DNA from: a virus
Taxonomy: Duplodnaviria; Caudoviricetes
Strand: one strand, 5' to 3'
DNA length: 32,521 nucleotides
IMG/VR virus record: IMGVR_UViG_3300037462_000481
Span: 1-32,521 of that record
Shown here in pieces: positions 25,623 through 32,521 of the stretch; position 1 is the first letter of the stretch; every line of letters begins with the position of its first letter. The position numbers and the translations under genes were made by a program. The notes under the pieces are model-generated. The model was not told the DNA's origin. It was given only the letters and a program-made list of their open reading frames with translations, and did not search any database.

Positions 25623-26570
25623 TTAGGTGATCCCCATAAAGCCACAGTCATCTACGCCGGCGAGTTGTCGCCAAGTCAGCCGGCGACCAACGATACCCGC
25701 CAGGGCTTCGAGAAATCGCGTCCCGTCATTGGTTTTGCGTTTGTTAAATCGGAATGCCTGCTCATCGACGTAGCGGATCAAGTGGAACGGCGCGACAGCG
25801 ACGTAAGTGCCTTTGAGTCCGCGTTTGAGCAGCGACCAAAAGTTTTCCAGGCCGTTGGTGTGAACGCGGCCAGAGACGTATTTTTCGACGTGATCCACGG
25901 TCTGGTGCATGTGGGTTGCCCCAAGATCGGTGTAGCCACGGTGCGCGTCGGTATAGACCATAGCCGTCGAATCGACGTTCCGGCGAATCTCAGGCAGGAG
26001 CGTGGTTGCCTCAGTGCTGTTGACGACTTTCGCACGGACTTCGCCGCCACGCTCCAGCAGGCCGTGAACGATTGTTTTGCCGACAGCCCCACGACCGCGG
26101 ATTTTCTTCTCTCGCTTGGCCGTGTGCATGTTGCGGGCTTCGCCGCCAACAAAGGTTTCGTCGGATTCGACCTCGCCTTTGAGCTTGGTAAATGTGCCGG
26201 TTTTCATAGCTTCGCGGATGCGGTGCAACATAAACCAAGCGGTCTTTTGTGTGACTCCGAGAGCGCGGCCAAGCTCGTGACTGCTGATCCCGTTTTTGCA
26301 GTTGGCAATCGACCAAACGGCGACGAACCATTTGTCCAGGCCAAGCGGGCTATCCTCGAAAATCGTTCCGACTTTGTAGCTAAAGTCCTTGCGGCAGTCC
26401 TTGCAGCGGAGCCGCTTCGCGTCGGCCTTTTCGGCGCAGCGATCCCCGCCGCAATGCGGGCAGATAACCTTACCGTTGGGCCACTTGATCTTACGCATCA
26501 ACGTGTTGCAGGTTGCAAGATCGGAAAAGTAGCGGACGGCTTCGAGCAGCGTTTGGGGCAGATCGGTCAC
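25623..26570 (-). CDS. IS1595 family transposase (start GTG 26570 with GGAG SD; GTG 26597 is an alternative)
   Basis: Zn ribbon CPHCG...CKDC, HTH GISSHELGRALGVTQKTAWFMLHRIR, catalytic motifs VESDET, YTD and HTNGLENFWSLLKR. Confidence 0.95.
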   Translation of the reverse strand: MTDLPQTLLEAVRYFSDLATCNTLMRKIKWPNGKVICPHCGGDRCAEKADAKRLRCKDCRKDFSYKVGTIFEDSPLGLDKWFVAVWSIANCKNGISSHELGRALGVTQKTAWFMLHRIREAMKTGTFTKLKGEVESDETFVGGEARNMHTAKREKKIRGRGAVGKTIVHGLLERGGEVRAKVVNSTEATTLLPEIRRNVDSTAMVYTDAHRGYTDLGATHMHQTVDHVEKYVSGRVHTNGLENFWSLLKRGLKGTYVAVAPFHLIRYVDEQAFRFNKRKTNDGTRFLEALAGIVGRRLTWRQLAGVDDCGFMGIT

Positions 26571-26657
26571 GAGAGAGGCTCCGCAGAAAATATCCACCCG
26601 CCCAGCCTTTCGCTTACGCGGCCCTTGCGGGGCAACTGGGCGGGTGAGAGATCGGGT

Positions 26658-27062
26658 TTAGGTGTCGTCCTGGCTGATAAAAAAATCATCCTTGCCGATG
26701 TGTGTCTCCTTGTAGTCTCGATCTTGCCAGATGCGTTCGGGCATCGAGATTGGCCCGCGATACTGACACCAAGCGACAATCCCGCCGTCTGCAAGTTGCA
26801 GGATGGTCAGCGGCGTGCCATGTCGGATCGTTGTTGCAATCGCCTGCGATCCCACTGGCGGCACCCGTTTTGGCGCGTGGAAGAAAAGCAGCGAACGGAT
26901 AATAGGGCTTTGGTATTTCCGCTCGTTTTTAGTAAGTCCTCCACCGCAGTCAAAGCAGCGTCGGGAAATAAGCCAATTAACCAAATCGTGCGACAGGTCG
27001 TGCCGCTCGATCTGGTATTCGCGATCGTGACCGCAGGTGTGAGCAACAGTCAGGTTTTGCAT
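26658..27062 (-). CDS. IS passenger protein with Cys/His motifs
   Basis: AGGGG SD; HTCGH...CFDC motif. Confidence 0.65.
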   Translation of the reverse strand: MQNLTVAHTCGHDREYQIERHDLSHDLVNWLISRRCFDCGGGLTKNERKYQSPIIRSLLFFHAPKRVPPVGSQAIATTIRHGTPLTILQLADGGIVAWCQYRGPISMPERIWQDRDYKETHIGKDDFFISQDDT

Positions 27063-27071
27063 TGCATCCCC

Positions 27072-27326
27072 CTAGTAAGGCAGGCAGAGGGAGTTTTTGA
27101 GTGCTTCGCGGACAGCAGCCGAGCCGAACTTGCGGCGAGCGTCAGCGATCTTGCGAGCGGCAACTGCACGGCGACCTTCGACAGGGCCGCGAGTTGTGCC
27201 AAGGACTTCGGCGACGCCGTTGCTGATCAATTGGCGTTGGTAGATTTTCCAGTCGGCCTTTTGTTGGGCGACTTGCTCGGTGGTTGCAGGAGCCAGAATT
27301 TCGCCGATCCAATCTTGAGCAGTCAT
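27072..27326 (-). CDS. IS passenger hypothetical protein (84 aa)
   Basis: GGAGA/GAAAG upstream of the ATG; co-oriented with the transposase. Confidence 0.6.
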   Translation of the reverse strand: MTAQDWIGEILAPATTEQVAQQKADWKIYQRQLISNGVAEVLGTTRGPVEGRRAVAARKIADARRKFGSAAVREALKNSLCLPY

Positions 27327-27410
27327 CTTTCATTCTCCCGGCCCTTGCGGGGCCAAATCCGACTTACTGAGTCGGCCAGTTGCGAGCGATGTTGCTCGCG
27401 TCATGTCCCT

Positions 27411-27438
27411 ATTATAGTCTTTCGACGTGGGGTGTCAA
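27411..27438 (-). promoter_or_regulatory. Consensus sigma70 promoter driving the IS genes
   Basis: Minus strand TTGACA-16 nt-TATAAT. Confidence 0.8.
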
Positions 27439-27516
27439 GTGCCTAAATACAAAATCACAAAGATTTCCAAAATAGTGGTTTTTCCGGGGCATCAAGTAAG
27501 TCGTTACCCTTTTTTT

Positions 27517-27729
27517 TGTGGGCCTTTGGGTTTACTTGCCGCTTGTTTTTTTGACAATCGCAGAAAGTGTCATCGTTGCAACACGCGGCTCAATTCGCCT
27601 AGTTTTGATTTGCCGCCTGGCATCATCGCCAAGCAAGTTTGTCCCGCATGCCATGAGCCGATAAAAAATTATCTCGAAAATTCTGTTGACAAGCCCGGCG
27701 GACTCGCTACATTCGCGAGTACCAAATGA
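27517..27729 (+). pseudogene. 3' part of the IS-interrupted membrane zinc-ribbon gene
   Basis: CGPLGLLAACFFD...KCHRC...VCPACH. Confidence 0.85.
27686..27713 (+). promoter_or_regulatory. Sigma70-like promoter of the early / integrase operon
   Basis: TTGACA-16 nt-TACATT, with an AT-rich upstream region. Confidence 0.6.
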
Positions 27730-27785
27730 ATGAAGGGCTTGTCTCTCTCGCATCCAATATCAATCGCGTTCTCTCGCGGTGATCG

Positions 27786-27845
27786 TGGTCGCGGGTCTGG
27801 CAAGTCGCCGGTACCCACTCCGGTTGCTTTACAACCCAGCGACCA
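27786..27845 (+). ncRNA. C4/CI-like antisense RNA candidate
   Basis: Closing stem GGTCGC-GGGT/ACCC-A-GCGACC encloses GCAA and GCCGGT-loop-CCGGT-x-AACCC, the layout of P1 C4-type RNAs. Confidence 0.45.
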
Positions 27846-28145
27846 AACGGCCCTCTTAACGCTCGCGTGTTTTGCACGCGCTCACGTTCAAGCCCTCCCG
27901 TCTTGGTCGGTCACCTGCGAGAACGCTTGCGCGTTTCGCCAGCGGTCCGATTGTAACGATTGTACGCTCCTGCCCCGCGTGCTTTTGTTGCGGTTGGCCG
28001 CTGGCGAAACAGCAGCGCCGAATAATCATGGATGTAGATATCATCATGTGTCCCGCGCCGAAGTTTGCGCGGCGGAAACTCGGCCGACGCCGAGGCAGGG
28101 GAACGGACGCCGTGGCGTCGGTCCTCACACCTCGGAGTCGCAGCC

Positions 28146-29279
28146 ATGAATCAGCAGGAATTCTTCGGTCCCTCGTCCCGTCCCCGGCTCTCGCTCGTCG
28201 TCTGCGAGGAGCACGACTTGCTCGACGACGCGCCGCCGCTCGTCAGCGCGCCGCCCGTCAGTTCGCCGGCGGTGAGCGGCTTGCCGATCGCGCAAGCCAG
28301 GCCCGCCGCCAGTTGGTCGCTCGGCCAGTTTTGGGAGTGGTACCTGCGGCCGATCAAGTCGGTCGCCGGCAAGGAGCGGAACTGCGAGCAGATCGAGGAT
28401 ACGCTGCGGCTCTGGACCACGGCCACGCACGATCCGCCGCTCGGCGAGATCAACGTCGGCCTGCTCACGCAATGGGTCCGCTGGCTCGCGACGCGCAGCG
28501 GCCAACGCTCGGCAACGCTCTCGTCGGCGACGGTGCACAAGCACTGCCGCACGCTGCAATCGATCTTGAATGCGGCCGGACCGCCGCGCGGCAGCCGGCA
28601 TCAGATCGCCGCCGGAGCGATCGAGTTGGTGCCGTTCATTCCGCGGCCCGATCTGGTCTATCAAACGATCGACGAGGACTGTCTCTCGCTGGCCGAGATT
28701 GCCCGGCTCTGGAAAGCGGCCGAGCAGATGCACCGGCCGACGCTGCGGCCCGTGGTCTTTTGGCAGTCGCTGTTGCTGACGGCCTACTACACCGGCCTGC
28801 GGCGCGAGACGCTGCTCCTGGCCGAGTGGAGTTGGCTGCGGGTCGACGAGCATGGCGAGTGGCTGATGTGTCCAGCCGGCACGGTCAAGGCCAAGAAGAC
28901 CCCGCACTGGTGCCCGATCCCGCCGGTGCTGCACGAGCAGCTCGCCGAGCTCCGCAAGCTGACGGGGCAGGGCAAGAAACTCTTTCCCTGGAATTTGACG
29001 CGCGGCTACTTCGACGATCAGCGCCGCGAGCTCTGGCTGTTGGCGGGACTCGGCAAGGAGCGCGGCTATCGCAACGCGCTGCACGGGATTCGCAAGCGAG
29101 CGGCGACCGAAATGTCGCGGATCGATGCGCGGCTGGTCGATCTCTTTTTGGGGCACAGCAAGGGCGATGTGGCGCTGACGCATTACGTCAAACGCGAGGC
29201 CCTGGTGCCAGCCGTGGCCAAGCTGCCGCCGCTGCCGCTCGAACCGGCGCCGATCAGCAACAACAAAAACGCTGGGTGA
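28146..29279 (+). CDS. Tyrosine recombinase / integrase (377 aa)
   Basis: GGAG SD; SSATVHKH core-binding motif; catalytic motifs YYTGLR, K, HGIR, LGH and THY. Confidence 0.92.
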   Translation: MNQQEFFGPSSRPRLSLVVCEEHDLLDDAPPLVSAPPVSSPAVSGLPIAQARPAASWSLGQFWEWYLRPIKSVAGKERNCEQIEDTLRLWTTATHDPPLGEINVGLLTQWVRWLATRSGQRSATLSSATVHKHCRTLQSILNAAGPPRGSRHQIAAGAIELVPFIPRPDLVYQTIDEDCLSLAEIARLWKAAEQMHRPTLRPVVFWQSLLLTAYYTGLRRETLLLAEWSWLRVDEHGEWLMCPAGTVKAKKTPHWCPIPPVLHEQLAELRKLTGQGKKLFPWNLTRGYFDDQRRELWLLAGLGKERGYRNALHGIRKRAATEMSRIDARLVDLFLGHSKGDVALTHYVKREALVPAVAKLPPLPLEPAPISNNKNAG

Positions 29280-29314
29280 CACCAGAGCTTGACCTTCTCC
29301 GAGGTCAACTGAGG

Positions 29315-29357
29315 CCCGGTTCGCGCGTGGGACGCAACACGCGCGGATCGGGTTTTT
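29315..29357 (+). terminator. Intrinsic terminator after the integrase
   Basis: 15-bp stem CCCGGTTCGCGCGTG/CACGCGCGGATCGGG (with G-U pairs) followed by TTTTT. Confidence 0.75.
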
Positions 29358-29389
29358 CTTACAACTTCCCCGGACTAGGGGAATCTCGT

Positions 29390-29437
29390 CCCTCTCCCCG
29401 TGGCGTCGTGTGCGTCACGCGGGGAGGGCTTTTTGTT
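29390..29437 (+). terminator. Second terminator-like hairpin
   Basis: CCCTCTCCCCGTGGCG pairs imperfectly with CGTCACGCGGGGAGGG, followed by CTTTTTGTT. Confidence 0.6.
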
Positions 29438-29454
29438 GGCGGCGAGGTGCCGCG

Positions 29455-29706
29455 ATGAGCACACGTCAACCCAAGCTCGGCATGATCGTCCGCTCGAAGT
29501 CGTGCCCCTGGCTGCGCGGGATGGTCCGCACGCTGACGCGGCACGGCGCGTACTTGGTTACTCCCTACGGCCGGCACTACGTCCGCCGCGACGACCTGAC
29601 GACCTGCGCGCGGCAAGGCTGGCTCGCAATGCTCGAAGCCCCGCCGCTCCCCTCAAGCAACTCTCCCCTTGTTGGAAAGGATTTCCGCCATGCCCCGACC
29701 CGCTAA
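29455..29706 (+). CDS. Small hypothetical protein, SH3-like
   Basis: GAGGTG SD; PKLGMIVRS...RGMVR pattern. Confidence 0.6.
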   Translation: MSTRQPKLGMIVRSKSCPWLRGMVRTLTRHGAYLVTPYGRHYVRRDDLTTCARQGWLAMLEAPPLPSSNSPLVGKDFRHAPTR

Positions 29707-30016
29707 GAAACAGCCGACCGGTGCTGCGATCAGCGGCACGCCGCCGCATCGCACGGCCCGCCGCACGCTCCCCGCGATCGAGCGCCCGGCCGAGGTCGAG
29801 TATCCGTTGGTCTATCGCCAGCCGAACAAGCACCCGCGCAACAACCAGTCGTGCCGCGAAGTGCCGCTGGTCAGGTCGCCCGAAGACATGATCGCCGTGC
29901 GCTTTGCTGATGGCACGCGGCTGGTCGTGCTGCGGCGGCATGTGCACGAGTTGGATTCGTCGGCGATCAATCAGGCCGGGAGAGAGGAGGACCGCAAATT
30001 TTGGGGGACGCGCTAA
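29690..30016 (+). CDS. Small hypothetical protein
   Basis: AAGGA SD; IAVRFADGTRLVVLRRHV. Confidence 0.6.
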   Translation: MPRPAKKQPTGAAISGTPPHRTARRTLPAIERPAEVEYPLVYRQPNKHPRNNQSCREVPLVRSPEDMIAVRFADGTRLVVLRRHVHELDSSAINQAGREEDRKFWGTR

Positions 30017-30188
30017 GCAACAGACACCTCCCGCGGGCGTGCCACGGCGACGCGTCTGCGGGAGTGGTTGCCGCCTTTCAAGTGCTGGCAGCAGAGCACA
30101 CGCCGCGAGTGACGCCCCACGCTGCTCGGTCTGACTCATGGACCCCAAGCAGGGGCAGTGAACGGCGAACGACTTGAGCGCCGCTCCC

Positions 30189-30230
30189 GGCGGGTGAGCT
30201 GTGTTCCCGCCCGCCGCCTTTTAATTTTTT
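30189..30230 (+). terminator. Putative terminator
   Basis: GGCGGGTG/CGCCCGCC stem followed by a T-rich tract. Confidence 0.5.
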
Positions 30231-30251
30231 CCTTTTACCAACGGTGCCCTG

Positions 30252-30677
30252 ATGGCGTTTGTTTCTCTCTCGATCAACTCGCTCGCCGAACTCGACGGCG
30301 GCAAAGTTAGCGCCGCGTTTCTGCACGACCTGCGGCGAATCATTCAAGACTGCATCGATCGCCCGGGCGACAAGACGGCCCGCACGATCACGCTCGAATT
30401 CTCGGCCAAGCCGCAAGTCGGCCAGGAGCTCGTCTGCGAAGGGGTCGAGGGCAAGTTCCGGATCAAGAGCAAGATCCCCGAGCGCAAGACCAAGATCCCC
30501 GAGCGCAAGACCAAGATCCCCGAGCGCAAGACCAAGGCGTATCACTTCCAAACCGACCGCAGCGGCGGCTTGTTCTTCAACGCCAACAATCCGGCGAACT
30601 CCGATCAAACGACGCTCGACGACATCAATCCGGCGACGGGCAAGATCGAGCGGGAGCGGCCAGCCAAGCAATCGTAA
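30252..30677 (+). CDS. Conserved-type phage early protein with an internal KIPERKT x3 repeat
   Basis: LAELDGG...DCIDRPGDKTARTITLEF resembles, from recall, the phage family often annotated 'replication terminator protein'. Confidence 0.7.
   Translation: MAFVSLSINSLAELDGGKVSAAFLHDLRRIIQDCIDRPGDKTARTITLEFSAKPQVGQELVCEGVEGKFRIKSKIPERKTKIPERKTKIPERKTKAYHFQTDRSGGLFFNANNPANSDQTTLDDINPATGKIERERPAKQS
30471..30533 (+). repeat. Perfect 21-bp tandem repeat x3
   Basis: AAGATCCCCGAGCGCAAGACC three times, in frame. Confidence 0.97.
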
Positions 30678-30735
30678 GCTGCGACTCACGTTTTCAGATT
30701 CACTTTTAACATTCTTTTTCCACGACAGGTGACTT

Positions 30736-30792
30736 GTGATCAAAGAGGGTATCGACCGCATCGTCGCGCTCGCCGAGAAGGCCAGCAGGTGA
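30736..30792 (+). pseudogene. 18-codon remnant (MIKEGIDRIVALAEKASR)
   Basis: AGGTG SD and GTG start; terminates inside the SD of the next gene. Confidence 0.5.
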
Positions 30793-30802
30793 GCAAGTAA
30801 CC

Positions 30803-31552
30803 ATGCAAACGCTGCCAACCAGAGACGATAAGCTGCCGCCGGGGCTCGTGCTCGAAAAGACCGCCAAGAATCTGGCGGCGCTGGCGACGTCGGACAATTT
30901 CCGCCGCCTGACGAGCACGGTCACGGCTCAGTGGAGCCGCAAAAAAGAATTTGCCGCGCTGGCCAAGTACGGCTTGCAACCGATCAACCGGCTGCTGTTT
31001 TTCGGTCCGCCGGGCAACGGCAAGACGATGGCCTCGCAGTGGCTCGCCGCGCAGTTGCAGGTGCCGCTGTATCGGCTGACGCCCGAGGTGTTCATTGGCC
31101 GCATCATGGGCGAAACCGAGCGGGGCCTGGCCACGGTGCTCGATTGGCTGGCCAAGCAGCCCGCGTGCGTGGTGCTCTTCGACGAGGCCGAGCAGTTTCT
31201 GTGCGATCGCCAGGAAATGCAGGGGACCAACGGCCGCGAGCTGACCGGCGCGATGGCGATGTTTTGGCAGCGGCTCGATCGCTGGGAAGCGCCGACCTTG
31301 TTTGTGCTGGCGACGAATCTCGACGACCGGCTCGACAAGGCGTTGTTATCACGGATCGATCTCAAGCTCTACTTCGGTCCGCCGACGCCCGAGCAAGCCG
31401 CGAGTGTGATCGCGTACTGGCAAGAGGTGCTGCACGAGTACGGCAGCGACCAGTGGGGCCCGGCGCTGCTGGAATTAGAGCGCTGGGAAAGTTTTCGCGA
31501 GTTGTTTTACACGATCCAGCAGTACGTGCGCGAGCACGTGGCCAGCAGTTAG
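30803..31552 (+). CDS. AAA-family ATPase
   Basis: Walker A GPPGNGKT, Walker B VVLFDEAE, sensor I LATN, SRH LDKALLSRID. Confidence 0.93.
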   Translation: MQTLPTRDDKLPPGLVLEKTAKNLAALATSDNFRRLTSTVTAQWSRKKEFAALAKYGLQPINRLLFFGPPGNGKTMASQWLAAQLQVPLYRLTPEVFIGRIMGETERGLATVLDWLAKQPACVVLFDEAEQFLCDRQEMQGTNGRELTGAMAMFWQRLDRWEAPTLFVLATNLDDRLDKALLSRIDLKLYFGPPTPEQAASVIAYWQEVLHEYGSDQWGPALLELERWESFRELFYTIQQYVREHVASS

Positions 31553-31591
31553 TTTTCGTGCCTTTTCCCATTTCATTTCCCAGGAGTTGTG

Positions 31592-31834
31592 ATGATCAAT
31601 TTAGGTAGCAAGTATCGGGACAAGATCACCGGTTTCGAAGGCATCGCGACTGGCTTCTGCCAGTACATCAGCGGCTGCCATCAAGCCCTGATCTGCCCAC
31701 CCGTCGCCGCGGACGGTGCCAAGCGGGATTCGAATTGGTTTGACGTGCAGCGTCTCGAACAACTCGAAGCCGAGCCCATCACGTTGTGCAATGGGCAAAC
31801 GCCTGGCTGCGATTTACCAGCTCCAAAAAGATAA
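31592..31834 (+). CDS. Small phage protein, SH3-like
   Basis: AGGAG SD; LGSKYRDKITGFEGIATG...GC...WFDVQRL, a common phage hypothetical pattern. Confidence 0.8.
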   Translation: MINLGSKYRDKITGFEGIATGFCQYISGCHQALICPPVAADGAKRDSNWFDVQRLEQLEAEPITLCNGQTPGCDLPAPKR

Positions 31835-31986
31835 CCGTACGCGTGGCGGCGGGCGCTCCTGATGACTTCGAGCCGGACCAGGAGCCTAACGGCACGGGAT
31901 CGCAGATGACCCGGACCCCTTAGCGACCAAGGCGCGGCCCGCTGCATTTTTTACTAACGACCAAAGCCTAACGACTAACGACCATC

Positions 31987-32172
31987 ATGCACAAATTTCG
32001 AGTCGGCGATCGGGTGCGGATCACGGTCGAGGGGAACGTCCTCTCGATCGACGAGGACGGCGTCAACTTCAAGGACTGGCGCACGGGCGAGCTGCACTAC
32101 TGGGCGTTTGACGATTGCGAACTCGTCGAGCCAGCAGCAACATCAACGCCGACACCCGAAATCGAGGATTGA
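31987..32172 (+). CDS. Small SH3/KOW-like protein
   Basis: KFRVGDRVRI...CELVE. Confidence 0.75.
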   Translation: MHKFRVGDRVRITVEGNVLSIDEDGVNFKDWRTGELHYWAFDDCELVEPAATSTPTPEIED

Positions 32173-32175
32173 ACC

Positions 32176-32400
32176 ATGAGCAACAGATACGAACTCGGCG
32201 ACACGGTCGAATTTCCGCTGCGGTCTCCCGATCGCGGCCGGGTCCGCGGCGTGCTGACGATGTGGCTCGGCGGCGACTACTGGGAGATCGTCACGCCGCT
32301 CGGCACGGTCCATCGCCGCTACGGCCGCGAGCTGAAACGCGCGAGCGTGGACTTGGAAGTGCCAACGTGCCAACACGAACCCGACGAGCGGGAGATTTGA
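32176..32400 (+). CDS. Small SH3/KOW-like protein
   Basis: GAGGA SD; RYELGDTVEF...RELK. Confidence 0.7.
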   Translation: MSNRYELGDTVEFPLRSPDRGRVRGVLTMWLGGDYWEIVTPLGTVHRRYGRELKRASVDLEVPTCQHEPDEREI

Positions 32401-32444
32401 GATTTCTTTTTTACCAATAGAAGGCAGCAAAGGAAGCAAAGAAC

Positions 32445-32521
32445 ATGCAACAACAGCAATTCAAAATCGGTGATCTGGTGGAATACAAATTTCCGCGTGG
32501 CCGAGTTATTGGATTCGATGA
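32445..32521 (+). CDS. Small SH3/KOW-like protein (runs off the window end)
   Basis: MQQQQFKIGDLVEYKFPRGRVIGFD. Confidence 0.65.
   Translation, partial: MQQQQFKIGDLVEYKFPRGRVIGFD

Larger units (their letters stand above)
25425..27508 (-). mobile_element. Complete IS1595-family element with passenger genes (2084 bp)
   Basis: 23-bp imperfect TIRs GGTAACGAATCACTTGACGCTCC (25425-25447) and GGGGCATCAAGTAAGTCGTTACC (27486-27508), 19/23 match. 8-bp TSD CTTTTTTT at 25417-25424 and 27509-27516. Confidence 0.95.

Noticed and set aside
25458-27446. 662-aa + strand ORF spanning almost the whole IS
   Set aside because: It is in codon register with the transposase and both passenger genes on the minus strand. 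It stays open mainly because those genes avoid TTA/CTA/TCA codons, and it has no recognisable domain.
27872-29458. 528-aa + strand ORF overlapping the integrase
   Set aside because: R/A-rich alternative frame of the integrase gene; the integrase frame holds all catalytic motifs.
30471-30533. CRISPR-like repeat
   Set aside because: Head-to-tail repeats without spacers, in frame within a CDS, and no cas genes.
31859-31865. Hammerhead ribozyme core CTGATGA
   Set aside because: No correctly placed GAAA and stem II/III; the CTG is paired in a hairpin.

Overview
GC-rich temperate siphovirus-type (pro)phage segment with almost every gene on the + strand. The gene style suggests a Planctomycetota-type host, but that is inference only. 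270-24331 is a lambda-like morphogenesis module: TerS, GpA-type TerL, gpW-like adaptor, lambda-family portal, an S49 protease/scaffold/major capsid fusion with a nested internal start, head-tail proteins, tail tube, a membrane-protein insert, a tail chaperone with an A9 frameshift site, a short tape measure, tail-tip proteins (some Cys-rich) and a fibre-like protein. A 3' half of a CAT-anticodon tRNA (24350-24398) follows and marks an att site. After it come cargo genes, one of them split by a complete 2084-bp IS1595 element with passenger genes (25425-27508, 8-bp TSD). An early-type operon then starts at a sigma70-like promoter: a C4/CI-like structured RNA, a tyrosine recombinase, several highly structured spacers, an AAA ATPase and a run of small SH3-like ORFs. 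No repressor, endolysin, reverse transcriptase or CRISPR array was recognised. All calls come from reading motifs by eye; no database searches were run.
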